Source of the DNA: Octopus vulgaris
Lineage: Eukaryota
NCBI GenBank assembly: GCA_951406725.2
Contig: OX597835.1
Coordinates: 22,072,001 to 22,136,000, forward strand
Direction of reading: 5' to 3'
DNA length: 64,000 nt
The position numbers and the translations under genes were made by a program. This document shows, in pieces, positions 36,711-50,965 of the stretch. Under the pieces are notes generated by a model. That model worked only from the letters and a program-made list of their open reading frames with translations. It searched no databases and was not told the DNA's origin. Within the stretch, counting starts at the first letter, position 1. Every line of letters starts with the position of its first letter.

Positions 36711-37939
36711 TATGTGTGTGTATATACATATTCCTTAAATCTACTTTCACTTTCATAATCCTTATCTCTACTTCCACTTTCATATTCCTTATCTCTACTT
36801 TTCTTGCTATTTTTGTTCTTCTAATGCTATATTATATTCACAGAAAACAGGAAATAGCTCTGTTGTTACAGTATCGAATACTAATTTTTTTGTGATCAAT
36901 AAAGGTAGCATGGTAGCAGAACCATTAGCACACTGGACAAAATGCTTTGCAGCATTTTGTGTCTTCATGTTCTGAGTTCAGTTCTGCTGAAGTCGATTTT
37001 GTCTTTCGTCCTTTTGGGATCATTAAAATAATTATGAATCAAGTACTTGAGTTGATGTAATTGACTGCCCACTCCCATCAAAAACTGCTGGTCCTGTGCC
37101 AAACTTTCAAACCAAAATGCGGCAAGCTGGCAAATTGATAAGCATGCCAGGAAAAATGCCTGGCAGCACTCTCTCTGTTCTATATTAGGTTTATAAGCCC
37201 TAAAAATCACTTTATAATTGCCCATGGGCATATAGCATAACAACCTATTGTCAGAGGTCTCAGAGGCCCTCTTTCTGCAAATTATAAGCTTTGGTACTTG
37301 GACGTTAGCTTATTGTGGAAGACACACAACACCTGAGCACCAGCCTCAAAATCCTAGCTGTCCCCAATTGAGCAGCTTTTTGGGGTTTGCTCAGCCCTCA
37401 TTATTATTATAATTATAATTATTATTACTATTATTATTATTATTATTTCTTGTTAATTATTATTACTCAACTCATTATGGTTCCTTTTTATAAATACTTA
37501 TGAATTATTTTAGTATCCTTTGATGTTGAGAATTTTTATAGCATGGGCTACTAACCCCAAGATTCTGAGTTCAGTTTCTTGAGCAAATAATAATAATAAT
37601 AATAGCCACTAAACACGAGGTTTGTAAAATTACATTACACATTAAAAATGTCATTTTTTTTCTCTGCCACGACCATAGAGAGTTACGTGTGTGTGTAAAC
37701 ATGGGTGTGTTCTTGAGCATGTGTGTGTGCATGTGTATGTGTGTGTATATGTGTGTGTGTATATATACATATATTTACATATACACATACACATATACAT
37801 AAATACATGTATTTTGTGTGCGTATGTGTTTGTGTGTGTGTTGATGAATGTACATATGTACATATATCCACTCATGTACTGATAAGAATAATAGTTACCA
37901 CATCAACTATCTGAACATACATACATATATATATACATA

Positions 37940-38048
<109 letters not shown>

Positions 38049-38339
38049 TAAAAACGGTAAGATAACAAAAGAAAGAAAGAGACCTCAATATTATGCAATT
38101 AGAGGAAATACATATATACATATATATATACACACATATGCACACATATGCACACACATACACATGCACACACACACACATGTTTACACACACACGTAAC
38201 TCTCTATGGTCGTGGCAGAAAAAAAAAATGAGATTTTTAATGTGTAATGTAATTTTACAAACCTTAGCCTTGACCCTATTGAATGGCAATCTCAGTTACA
38301 AACTCTTTACATTAACACAATACAATAACAATATAAAAT

Positions 38340-39150
38340 CAGTCGAACCCATGTTGTGACCTGACAGAAAACAGAGCGCTTCAGGAGGCAGTGAATGCAG
38401 GAAAATGAAGCGCTGAGTCCAGCTGAAGAAAATAATTGGACACACTCAGACCCATAAGCAGGGATTAGGCTTGTTTGAATGGGGATCCAAGGCTAGAGAG
38501 AAGTCAAAAAGAGACCTGGTAATTTGAGAAGAGGATGCTTGGCGGATCCAGAAAGCTGTCCAGCAAGGGCCACAGGGTTTGTGGCCAATGTAGGAGAGTG
38601 TTCTCCAGAGAAGTCTCAGCTGGAATGACACATGTCATACAGTTTCTCTGTGGAGGCACAATGGCCCAGTGGTTAGGACAGCGGACTCGTGGTCATAGGA
38701 TCGCAGTTTCGATTCCCAGACAGGGCGTTGTGAGTGTTTATTGAGCGAAAACACCTTAAAGCTCCACGAGGCTCCGGCAGGGGATGGTGGTGATCCCTGC
38801 TGTACTCTTTCACCACAACTTTCTCTCACTCTTACTTCCTGTTTCTGTTGTACCTGTATTTCAAAGGGCCGGCCTTGTCACACTCTGTGTTACGCTGAAT
38901 ATCCCCGAGAACTACGTTAAGGGTACACGTGTCTGTGGAGTGCTCAGCCACTTACACGTTAATTTCACGAGCAGGCAGTTCCGTTGATTCGGATCAACCG
39001 GAACCCTCATCGTCGTAACCGACGGAGTGTTTCCAAAAAAAAAAAACAAAAAAAAACAGTTTCTCTCAAAGTTAGCTACATCCTCAGATTTGTATATGAC
39101 CTCCGACCTTCAAATGCAAATTTGTTGATGTGAGGGAAATTGAATATCCA
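38340..39150 (+). mobile_element. Degenerate HERO/NeSL-like (RLE) LINE fragment interrupted by a SINE
   Basis: Pseudo-ORF IIGHTQTHKQGLG...RIQKAVQQGPQGLW...RSLSWND, resuming after the SINE as YILRFVYDLRPSNANL. This matches the region upstream of the CCHC finger in RLE LINEs. Confidence 0.55.
38650..39055 (+). mobile_element. Family C SINE with A-rich tail and 11-bp TSD
   Basis: Near-identical to 13405-13791 and 50402-50790. TSD ACAGTTTCTCT at 38639-38649 and 39056-39066. Confidence 0.88.
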
Positions 39151-39344
39151 CTACATGTTTATTCTACTGATGCAAACAAATGGTGTTGTTAGATAGTTTG
39201 CTTCTTATCAATGTGGGCTTAGGTTCAATCTCACTCTGTGGCATCTCGAGCGAGTGTCTTCTACAATAGCCCTGGGCCAACCAAAGCCTTGTGAGTGGAT
39301 TTGATAGACAGAAACTGTTTGAAACCCTGTCACAGGAACTCATC

Positions 39345-39378
<34 letters not shown>

Positions 39379-40272
39379 ATGTATGTGGTGTGTGTGCATG
39401 TGTGTGTGAGAGAGAAAGAGAGAGTGCGTATATTTAGTCTCACCATTGCTTGACAACTGGTGTTTGTGTGTTTATGTCCCCGTAACTTAGCAGTTCAACC
39501 CAAGAGACCAATAGAATAAGTACCAGGCTAGAAAAACAAAGCAGTGCTAGAATCAATTTGTTCAACTAAAATTCTACAAAGCTATGCTCCAGTATGGCCG
39601 CAATCTAATGCCTGAAACAAATAAAAGGTATAAAGCCATGCATATGTGTGTGTACCATTGCCTTGATTTCATGTGACAGCTGTAAACAAGCATCACTGAC
39701 ATACAAGCAGTGTTGTTCATCTCAAGTCTTCCAGGAAAAACACGTCTGGTAATGGGGGGAATATCACCATGCCTGAAAACGACTGAGGGTTGGCAACAGG
39801 AAGGACATCCAGCTGTTGAGAAATCTGCCTCAACACATTCCATTTGACCCCATGCAAGTATGGAAAAGTGGACATTAAAATGATGGTGGTGGTGGCAATG
39901 AGGATTACGATGGTGGTGGTGATGATGATGACAACAACGATGACAATGATGATGATGATGTTGACAGTAGTGATGGTGATGATGAATGTAGTAATTCTCT
40001 TATCTCTAATCTGGTAACTGCCGGAAAAAAAAAACAAAGTTTTTGCAGAGGAGGTTTAATAATACTGAAACACAACTAGAGTTATCTCCCATAGTCACAA
40101 GCATCAGATTTAATCGATGAATCATTAACTAAATATTGTATTCTTGTCACCATGTAAGTGCTATTAATTAATGAATTAATTAATTAGGTATTTTTTTTCT
40201 TTGTCGTTATATTCAGGCTGATGGCCCTCATTAATCTGTAACAAAAACTGCAGCTAAATAAAGAATTATTAC

Positions 40273-40423
40273 CTGGTTGCATGCCTTAATCTCGATGGAC
40301 AGTGTTTGATTACATGTTCAGCCGGGTTGGATGAAACTGACCAAGATGTGGTCAGTCCGTGAATAGAGGACAGTAAGGGAACGAGTGGACAGTCAGGTGA
40401 CATAGCATATAGGGAGATATCAT
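40273..40423 (-). CDS. Candidate internal coding exon (151 nt) of an unidentified gene
   Basis: Island of complex sequence. Acceptor ccatag|, strong donor CAG|GTAATA, and one open frame (D)DISLYAMSPDCPLVPLLSSIHGLTTSWSVSSNPAEHVIKHCPSRLRHAT(R). The protein family is not recognised and the polypyrimidine tract is atypical (ACC repeats). Confidence 0.4.
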
Positions 40424-41169
40424 CTATGGTGGTGGGTGGTGGTGGTTGTGGTGGTGGTAGTAGTATTGGTGGTGGTGGTGGTGGTGGGGGGTTCATCGTT
40501 GCCATGGTGGTGGTTATGGTGAAGGTGGTGGTGGGGATAGTGGTGATGGTGGTTGTGGTGGTGGTGGTGTGGTTCACCGTTGTTATGGTGGTGGTTATGG
40601 TGAAGGTGGTGGTGGTGGTGGGGATAGTGGTGATGGTGGTGGTGGGTGGTGGTGGTTGTGGTGGTGGTAGTAGTATTGGTGGTGGTGGTGGTGGGGGTTC
40701 ATCGTTGCCATGGTGGTGGTTATGGTGAAGGTGGTGGTGGTAGTGTGGTGGTTGTGGTGGTGGTGGTTTCACCGTTGTTATGGTGGTGGTTATGGTGAAG
40801 GTGGTGGTGGTGGTGGGGATAGTGGTGATGGTGGTGGTGGTGGTGGTGGTTGTGGTGGTGGTAGTAGTATTGGTGGTGGTGGTGGTGGGGGGTTCACCGT
40901 TGTTATGGTGAAGGTGGTGGTGGGGATAGTGGTGATGGTGGTGGTGGTGGTGGTGGTAGAGGTGGGGATGATGGTAGTGATGGTGTTGTTGGTGGTGATG
41001 ATAATGATGGGAATCTTAGCAGAGATAAAGGTGATAATGGAGATGATTGAAGTAGTAGTAGTAGTAGGGGTGGTGATGGTGGTGGTGGTGGTGGTGTTAG
41101 TGTGTAAAGGTTGTAGTAGTAACAGTCATCATCATCGTTGCCACCATCATCATCATCGTCACCATCATT

Positions 41170-41241
<72 letters not shown>

Positions 41242-41468
41242 GTCATAGTAGCAATAACAGTAGAAGTAGTAGTGGTGGTAGTGGTAGTGTTCATTATGCA
41301 TTTGGCAATGAGAACAAATGTCCTTGGAATTATTTTGAAAATATTTCTGTCTTTGACATAATGATAAAACCATGCCATAAAAATTCTCAACATCAAAGGA
41401 TACTAAAATAATTCATAAGTATTTATAAAAAGGAACCATAATGAGTTGAGTAATAATAATTAAGAAAA

Positions 41469-41500
<32 letters not shown>

Positions 41501-42470
41501 TCATAATAATAATAATAATAATAACAATAATAATAATAATAATGATAATAAAAATAATAATAATAATAACAACAACAACAACAGCAACAACAACAACAAC
41601 AACAACAATAATAATAATAATAATAACAATTATGATAATAATGAGGGCTGAGCAGACCCCAAAAAGCTGCTCTTTTGGGGACAGCTAGGATTTTGAGGCT
41701 GGTGCTCAGGTGTTGTGTGTCTTCCACAATAAGCTAACGTCCAAGTACCAAAGCTTATAATTTGCAGAAAGAGGCCCTGTGAGACCTCTGACGATAGGTT
41801 GTTATCTGCTCTCACAGAATCAACCAGAGCAAACAAGACCAGGAGCTCTGAGAAGTAAAAATAATAGCAATAATAATAATAGCCCTGATGCAGTACCAGA
41901 CAGTGGCTCTCAAGGCTTTTGATCTTAACTGATTGGAAGTGTTATCATGTACATTGTTTTGTCATGGTATAAAAGATGGACTAGAGCAAATATTCTGCTC
42001 AATGCTACAGATTTGCTTGTCAGTTGTTTGACCTTAACCAGTTGAGCATGTCCCTTAGAGGCTGATGATATGTGCATCTCTGGTCAAGAGCAGAAGTAGT
42101 GGGGGAGCATCATAGCCATGTGTTCAGAGGAATTCTTTGAGGTTTGAATAATTCACCTCTGGAAACACGGCTGCTTCATTCAGCATCCTTAAACAATCCT
42201 TATTCAGGGACCTTTTCAGTGGGATGGGCTACTCGACCTGAAGAAAATTTTACCTGGGCCCCACCTACAAGGTCATGCACTGCTTATCTTGATATGAGGT
42301 CACCATGTTGCACAAATATGGCTGTGATGCATGTGGCTGGTGCACATATTGAAAGATTGAAAATGAAGGGTTAGGGTTAGGGTTGGGGTTAAAGAAGAAA
42401 CATATGTCCGGTTGGAATCTAATGTGATATATAGATAGATAGATAGATAGATACATACATACATACATAC

Positions 42471-42505
<35 letters not shown>

Positions 42506-43769
42506 ATAATAATAATAATAATGATGATAATAATTATATATTTATCATACATTATATCAGTATAACCATGATGTAACCCCAAAATCTGATTCACTACTCA
42601 GTATCATTAGACAGTAGCCAGCATAATGAAATAAGAGCTATATTTGCACACTCCTAACATTTCCATAAACAAATTTAAAAGATATATACACACGCACACA
42701 CACACACACATATATGTACTTTATTATGCGTTTTAATAAAGCATGTTACTCTACCTCAGGTATTCGAATACTATTTTTTCCTCCTTGTTTTGCATTTATG
42801 TGCTTACTTTGGTATATATATATATATATATATATATATTTAGCGTCCGTTTTCCATGCTAGCATGGGTTGGACGGTTCAACTGGGGTCTGGGGAGCCCG
42901 AAGGCTGCACCAGGCCAGTCAGATCTGGCAGTGTTTCTACAGCTGGATGCCCTTCCTAACGCCAACCACTCCGAGAGTGTAGTGGGTGATTTTATGTGCC
43001 ACCGACACAGGTGCCAGACGAGGCTGGCGAACGGCCACGCTCGGATGGTGTTTTTTATGTGCCACCGACACAGGTGCCAGACGAGGCTGGCAGACGGCCA
43101 CGCTCGGATGGTGTTTTTATGTGCCACCGACACAGGTGCCAGATGAGGCTGGCGAACGGCCACGATCGGATGGTGTTTGTTATGTGCCCGCAGCACGGAG
43201 GCCAGTCGATGCGGTACTGGCTACGGCCACGTTCAGATGGTTTTCTTGTGTGCCACCGGCACTGGTACCACAAAGATACAAATTCCATTGATGTTCATCT
43301 ATTTTGATTTGATTTGATTTGATTTTCACTTGCCTCAACAGGTCTTCACAAGTGTCACAAGAAGGAAGGTATGCACAGGTGGACTGACTACGTCCCAGGC
43401 ACATATATAGTTATTATTATTATATATATAGTTATTATTATTATTATTATTATTATTATTGTATTTCGTTTTGGAATTTGGTTTGCTAGATTCTTCATGT
43501 GAGTTTGTATGTTGAAGCATATTCGGTTGTGTCTGGGGAGAGTCATTCTCTTTTAGTGCTTTATTATTTAACACACTCACTGGTAAGGTTTCCACTCATT
43601 TACTTATTTTGCCTAAAATTTTCATTGTGTCTTGCAATGACAACTGAAAAGTTTGCAAGACGCAACGAAAATTTTAGGCAAAATAAATAAGTAAATGAGG
43701 GGAAACTTTACCGGTGAGTGTGTTAAATAATAAAGCAATAAAGGAGAATGACACTCCCCAAACACAATA

Positions 43770-43828
<59 letters not shown>

Positions 43829-44979
43829 AGTATCTGTATATATACAGTGGGTTTTCAGACACTTTTCATCTACCAAATTCACTCATATACCATGGGGCTT
43901 CTTTCAGTTTCTGTCTACCAAATCTACTCACAAGGCTTTACCCAAGGTGCCACACAGTGGAACTATGTGGTTGAACATGGAACTATGTGGTTAGTAAGCA
44001 AGCTACTTACCACATAGCCACTCCTGTAACAAATTTTTGCACAAGGCCAGCAATTTAAGGGAGGAGTTGATCCCAGTATTTATCTGGTACCTATTTTCAT
44101 TGACCCCAAAATGATGAAAGGTAAGTCAATCTCTGAACACTTGAATGTAAAGAAGGACAATGAACTGTTGCTAAGCATTTTGCCAGGTGTGCTAACGACT
44201 CTTCCAGCTCCTTACCTTACAATAGATAGTAATTATCAATTTAATTATGTATGAAGCCTCAAACTTTTAAGGAATGTGGAGCGGGAAGAGGCATCATAAT
44301 GTTTGTTTCTGCAGGAAAAGGCAGTATAGATGCAGAAGAGGATTTTGGTTCTGTCAGTTGTGACTTCAATGAAACTAGGTCACATCCAGAGTTGAGATTG
44401 TAATTAAGTCGTTAACAAAACGAAAGGATTCAGTGTGATTAAACATTGATTTTTTTTTTCTGGTAAATAAAAATAAAAATAATTATCCATTGTAGAATAT
44501 GTTATCCAAGATTCTGTTTAGATTGTGCGATTAACGATTAATGATTGATGACTAACACTTTTTTATCTTTTACCATTTATCTTTTACCTTTGAAGCATAC
44601 TACAAAAGATATGAGCAAATCTTCAGGAAAAAATGTAAAGTGAGTGGAAAAGAAAACATACAAAGTTCCTGAAAATAGATGTCAAGCATAAAAAAAAATA
44701 TTAAATTGGATGGAAAAAAATAAAAAAAAGTGAGTGGGGAGGAAATCATTGCTAAATAAAATGACACTTTCTAAGAAAACTCAAAAGGGTAGATGTTGTA
44801 GGGAATTAATAATAATGGTACACCCCTCCTACGTGACAAGTGGTATGGAATGGTCACTATAAATAGAAGAGTAGGAGACAGTATGACAGAGTATATAGTC
44901 ATATCTTTATTGGTTTTACTAAGTATACTGTATACCAAAGTGGGTGTCATAACAATCTGACATTAAAAGGATTACAGCA

Positions 44980-45053
<74 letters not shown>

Positions 45054-45194
45054 GACTGGCCTGGTGCAGCCTAGACCCAGTTGAACAACCCATGCTAGCA
45101 TGGAAAGCACAAACGATGATGATATATATGATGATATATATATATATATATATATATGTATACATGTATATACATATATGTATATATATATACA

Positions 45195-47365
45195 TAGGAA
45201 AAATAAAAGTTGAAAATGCACTGAAAATAGTTAAAATATCTTTTATTAAAATATTTGAAGCTTTAACTAGATTCACAGTTTAAACTGATTTTCAAAAAGT
45301 TCAAATAGAAAGATGTTGCCTATGTCACAGCTGTCTTGTTTCTGATTAGTGGTTGAAGTTTGCCCTATTTTTATAAGGAGTTCATGGCTCAAATTAGTAT
45401 ATGTTTTGAACAAGATTTGATTATTAGGGGATAGTCACATGACTGGTTTTAGAAATTTTTGTAGGTTCCTTGCTATGTGTTAGTATCAAGTGACAATGTT
45501 TGGTTTCGTAAGTTAAGGCCCAGATATATGAACAATCTAAATTAATATATGACTTGATCTTCCACAAATATCTACTAGAAGACTGGAACTGGTACTTTAA
45601 ATGACTGCCTAATCCTATGGATGCACACATTTGAACAACTTATAGATTTCAAAAATCTAATCAACAGCATAAATAATAATATTAACTTTAACCATGGAAT
45701 ACTAAGCATCAAAGGAGATAAAATCATTGAAACAGATATTTACTAGAAACAAACAGATTCTAAACAATACTTACTGTTCTCCGCATGTCATCCAAAACAC
45801 ACGATGAAGAATATTCCCTTTAATTGAGCAAGAAGAATCTAAACAATTGTCTCAAACTCTGAAAATTTTGCACTAAAAAACTCCAAGAACTAAAACAAAT
45901 ACTATTTAAAAGACAATATCCATTAATGCTAATAGACAACAGGAATAGGATGTGCCAAAGCAATAAATATCGAAGAACTATGAAAAATGATGAATGTTCC
46001 AAATACATCCAATAATCTACCCTTTATCTGTGCTTCATCTGCGGTATTCGCTGAAATATATGTAGAGTGGGAAGACCTGGAATTTGGGGGACTTATTTTT
46101 TGCACACACAACCCAAGAAACACAGAGGTTTGCAATATTATCCACCTGAACATTTCACTACTAAAACAAGACCCAAGAATGAAACAAGCGTTCGAAATAC
46201 ACCAAATAATCAAAAGTAAAAGACAAAGTCCCTCAAAAAATTCCTCACAAGCACTAAATTACCTTCCACAATTCCTACACCAACAGTTAAAAAATGAAAA
46301 AATGTGGCCACTCCAACTGAGGACCTGCATCAACCTTATTGAAGACGCAACATACAAATTCAAATCAGACAGACTTTTACCGTAAAAAATCACTTTACAT
46401 GTTCTTCAAGAAATTCAAAATACGCTATCAAATGTCAAGGATTTAATGAAGATTACATAGGTCAAACAAAGCTTACTTTAAGGAACTGACTGACCATTCA
46501 CCGACAACACATGTGAGACTCCAGTACTAGACAGATTCCACTGAGTGGACACATAGACATATGTGCAAAAAATAAATTCCAGGTCTTCCCACTCTACATA
46601 TGTTCAGCGAATACCGCAGATGAAGCACAGATAAACAAAGAAAATACTTTCATGCAAAAGTACAAACCAAGACTTAACAAACTTTAAGAGAAGACATACT
46701 CAAATCCCTATCCACACACAAAACTCAATCTGCTATCATGAAGAACCTACACAGCTAACAACCTAAACTTTCACCACTTAACTACATACAAACGACTCCT
46801 GTCAACTTTCCCACCAGAGAGATTAAATTTGGAGTGCCTTGATTATATGTAAACAACTTCACTCAACCATGTCAGCCTTTTTTTAGGAGCAAAATATACT
46901 GTCATGTGACCCTAATGCATGGACATAGTGGGAAATGAACAAAAGGTTATAAACTTAATCATGTGTTTTATACAAACACTTGACAGAAAACATTCAGAGC
47001 ATTGACTGTTCGGACATGTTTAGTCAACCGTGTCGGCCTCAATTTATGAGGCCAAACACTGTCACTTGATACTAACACATGGACAAAGCAAGGAACCTAC
47101 AAAAATTTCTAAAACCAGTCATGTGACTATCTCCTAATAATCAAATCTTGTTCAAAACATATACTAATTTGAGCCATGAACTCCTTATAAAAATAGGGCA
47201 AACTTCAACCACCAATCAGAAGCAAGACAGTGACATAGGCAACATCTTTCTATTTGAACTTTTTGAAAATCAGTTTAAACTGTGAATCTGGTTAAAGCTT
47301 CAAATATTTTAGTAAAAAGTATTTTAACTATTTTCAGTGCATTTTCAACTTCCATTTTTCTACCC
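45195..47365 (+). mobile_element. Degenerate 5'-truncated Penelope-like element (RT C-terminus plus GIY-YIG endonuclease) with inverted terminal repeats
   Basis: Translates ETDIY*KQTDSKQYLLFSACHPKHTMKNIPFN*ARRI (PLE RT thumb) and FTCSSRNSKYAIKCQGFNEDYIGQT...IHRQH...KENTFMQKYKPRLN (GIY-YIG), with stops and frameshifts. ~330-bp inverted repeats at 45195-45520 and 47035-47365. Confidence 0.85.
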
Positions 47366-47383
47366 ATGTGGAATAAACATGTT

Positions 47384-47423
<40 letters not shown>

Positions 47424-47458
47424 CATACATATATATACACACACACATATATATATAT

Positions 47459-47810
47459 TATATAAAATCCGTTCTGTCTGTCTGTGTGTGTGTCTTATAG
47501 GATCTCGGGCATCCTCCATCCGATTGCACTCAAATTTGATACGTAGATACTGACGGTATCAGGGCATGTATAAGTCTTCAAAAAATTACAAAAATCGATT
47601 CCAGGTGAGAATGCGATCGATAAAGCATTCTTTGGAATAGAAGAAAGTCTATCTTTATTTCTTCTTTTGCTGGTGTCTCAAATTTAGGTTAAATCAGTGT
47701 TTCTCAAAAGGGAGGCCTATGAGACGGTCAGACAAGTTGTTTTGAGAAAATTTGGTTTAAATGTTTGACAACTCAGCACTGACCATTGGCCGGGTGTCGT
47801 TTTGCTTGTA
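47459..47810 (+). mobile_element. Possible Helitron/Helentron-derived non-autonomous fragment
   Basis: TATATAAAA start, (TGTC)n, then a CCGATTGCACTCAAATTTG motif typical of such elements. The 3' end was not identified. Confidence 0.4.
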
Positions 47811-48097
47811 TATATATATATATATATATACACATATATAAATTTAATTGCTCTTCTTTCTCTATTCTAGAAATGACTAATACTTTACACATGTATTTAT
47901 ATATATTATCTGAACTGTTTAAAATAAATAAATAGACATAATATAATGTCTAACAGCTGATGAATACTACCTCTGGATTCCCTCCATTTTCTTCTTGCCA
48001 TATCATCATCATCATCATCATCATCGTTTAACGTCCGCTTTCCATGCTAGCATGGGTTGGACGGTTCAACTGGGGTCTGGCAAGCCCGAAGGCTGCA

Positions 48098-48171
<74 letters not shown>

Positions 48172-49709
48172 TATATTAATAAAAAGAATTCCAACCTTGT
48201 CTGATTTTCACGTTTTATTTACAATCTTATAATGATATATTATAAGATAATATATTATAATTGAATAAAATAAAATGAAATAGTAGAATGTTAAATATTC
48301 ATTCTGATTGAACTAGTACTTTCATGCATTGAATTCTGCAATTTCGGGTTCATGTAGTAGTGTTGACAGTCATGCTTCACAATTTTTGACTGTGTATAAA
48401 TATATATATATATACATATACATATTATGTTTATTATGTTCAGTTATACTCTTTTACATGTTTCAGTCATTTGACTGTAGCCATGCTGGAGCACCACCTT
48501 TAGTCAAAGAAATCAACCCCAGGACAATCTTTGTAAGCCTAGAATAGTATTTACCCAATTTCTGTTGTTCTAAGGGCATTTCTGCATTCCAAAATAAATT
48601 ATCATGTTATTTATATGTTACAATATATGTGTGTATGTGTGTGTGTGTATACATGTTTTATATATATATATATATATATAGATTCGGGGTGAGTACTTGA
48701 TAATTATAAGCACCTGTGTATACCGTTTGGTGGTGTAGGTGGTGGAGTAAATTGATCAAAATGAAAATAAAAACATGAGGCGAAGGATTCAGCGGTACAT
48801 ATGTTTCGGGCCTTTATTAGACAGATTTATAACAAAGCATAATGTATGTCTGTGGCCTTCTTCAGCCGCGCACAACAGCTTCCACAAGGACATGTGTTAC
48901 ATCAAAAATTCTTGGTTGGGGATGCAAATCCTCTCGTTCACGTACGACATAATGCGGCAGCAGCATAGAATTGAAGCGTCCATCTCTTTCTTCTCTCAAT
49001 GTAGAATGAGGAAACTTGGATGTTGAGGTAATGTAAATAAATAAATACGTATATAGAGGTGAAGATGGAGGGGCGAGAACTCTCGCCCGAACTCTCGCCC
49101 CTCCATCTTCACCTCTCCATCTTCACTCGCCCCTCCATCTTCACTCTCGCCCCTCCATCTTCACCTCTATATACGTATTTATTTATTTACATTACCTCAA
49201 CATCCAAGTTTCCTCATTCTACATTGAGAGAAGAAAGAGATGGACACTTCCCCAGGACATTATCTTTGTAAGCCTAGAATAGTATTTTTTGACCCAATTT
49301 CTGTTGTTCTAAGGGCATTTCTGCATTCCAAAATAAATTATCATGTTATTTATATCTTACAATATATGTGTGTATGTGTGTGTGTGTATACATGTTTTAT
49401 ATATATATATATATATATATACACATACATATATATATATGTATATATAGACATATAGATTACATGTTATGCTGACTTGTTAACCACAACTAGGCTTTGC
49501 TTATTAGAGCCAGTCTGTCAAGTCTTTCAAGAAATTTTCTGCAATAAAGCACCATAATATATGTTGCTTATCTTATCAGAAGGTAAAACTAATTTGCATA
49601 GTTGTGTGAGTTGCACACCTGTTCGAAATTATCTTTATACAAACATGACCACAATACATATATATTTATACACACCCACCCACACACATATATATATCTT
49701 TCTCTGTCT

Positions 49710-49758
<49 letters not shown>

Positions 49759-50199
49759 AAAGTAAAAAATATACAAACTGGGACAAGAACGTGAAACATT
49801 TAGAAGACGACACAAAAAACACGGACGCGACATTCGAAGCCCTCAATCATCAGTCAAGAACCGGATCATCTTCGCAATTTTGGCTGATTAATCTTGAGAT
49901 CGCTCCGATCTGGGCAGCCCCCAAGGGAAATCTAAGCCAAGCGCATTAGATTCCTTGGAAGAAAGCCTCGCACGTATGTATGTATGTATGTATGTATGTA
50001 TGTATGTATGTATGTGTGTGTGTGTGTGTGTGTGCGTGTGTGTGTGTGTGTGTATGTGTATGTGTCTATGTGTGCATATGTAAAGATATGTGTACATGCA
50101 TGTTTCTATCTATATATGCATGCATGTTTGTATGCCTTCTCTTCTGCTTTTTAATTTTAGAATAAATTCTGACTGGCCACTTACTTGTTAGCAAGGTTG

Positions 50200-50965
50200 T
50201 GAAAGAAAGTATCTTGTTTTAAGCCTCATCTTGTAAATCTTGAGAAGGTCTCGCAGATTTGTATAGTTCCTCATATCATTATTATTTGTAGCTTTTGAAT
50301 TAAGGATTTGCATTCTCTCCCCAAGATTCCTCAAGTTCAGCCATAGTTTGCTCCAGACTGGTCAGTATGTATCCTGTTGCTCCAGTAATAATAGGTATAA
50401 AGTGGAGGCACAATGGCCCAGTGGTTAGGGCAGCAGACTCGCGGTCATAGGATCGCGGTTTCAATTCCCAGACCGGGCGTTGTGAGTGTTTATTGAGGGA
50501 AAACACCTAAAAGCTCCACGAGGCTCCGGCAGGGGATGGTGGTGATCCCTGCTGTGCTCTTTCACCACAACTTTCTCTCACTCTTACTTCCTGTTTCTGT
50601 TGTACCTGTATTTCAAGGGGCCGGCCTTGTCACTCTCTGTGTCACGCTGAATATCCCCGAGAACTACGTTAAGGGTGCACATGTCTGTGGAGTGCTCAGC
50701 CACTTACACGTTAATTTCACGAGCAGGCTGTTCCGTTGATTCGGATCAACCGGAACCCTCGTCGTTGTAACCGACGGAGTGCTTCCATCCAATAGGTATA
50801 AAACTGAAGATGTTTCTTGAGTGCTGGAATCACAAATTCCTTGTCAATGGTCCATAAATGTCCTCTTTCCCTTATATTTTTATAACCACATCCGTGTCCA
50901 GTTGGAAGCTGATTTCCACAACAGAACATAACTTTTCTTTGTAGTCCCACACAACAATATCTATG
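50200..50965 (-). mobile_element. RLE-type LINE endonuclease-domain fragment interrupted by a SINE
   Basis: Translates DIVVWDYKEKLCSVVEISFQLD...KEDIYGPL...FSFIPI, then after the SINE FIPIITGATGYI. This is a PD-(D/E)xK-type REL domain. Confidence 0.65.
50402..50790 (+). mobile_element. Family C SINE with 12-bp TSD
   Basis: TSD AATAGGTATAAA at 50390-50401 and 50791-50802. Tail GTGCTTCCATCC. Confidence 0.88.

Noticed and set aside
42368-42390. Short (TTAGGG)n-like run
   Set aside because: Only about 3-4 imperfect units; too short to call an interstitial telomere.
44315-44403. Possible plus-strand terminal exon (GKGSIDAEEDFGSVSCDFNETRSHPELRL*) after tttctgcag, with AATAAA downstream
   Set aside because: No recognisable protein and no supported upstream exons; such signals occur by chance in AT-rich DNA.
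49825-49858. CTGATGA-containing motif on the minus strand; isolated CTGATGA also near 35960, 42062 and 47957
   Set aside because: No GAAA/NUH core with pairing stems; not called as hammerheads.
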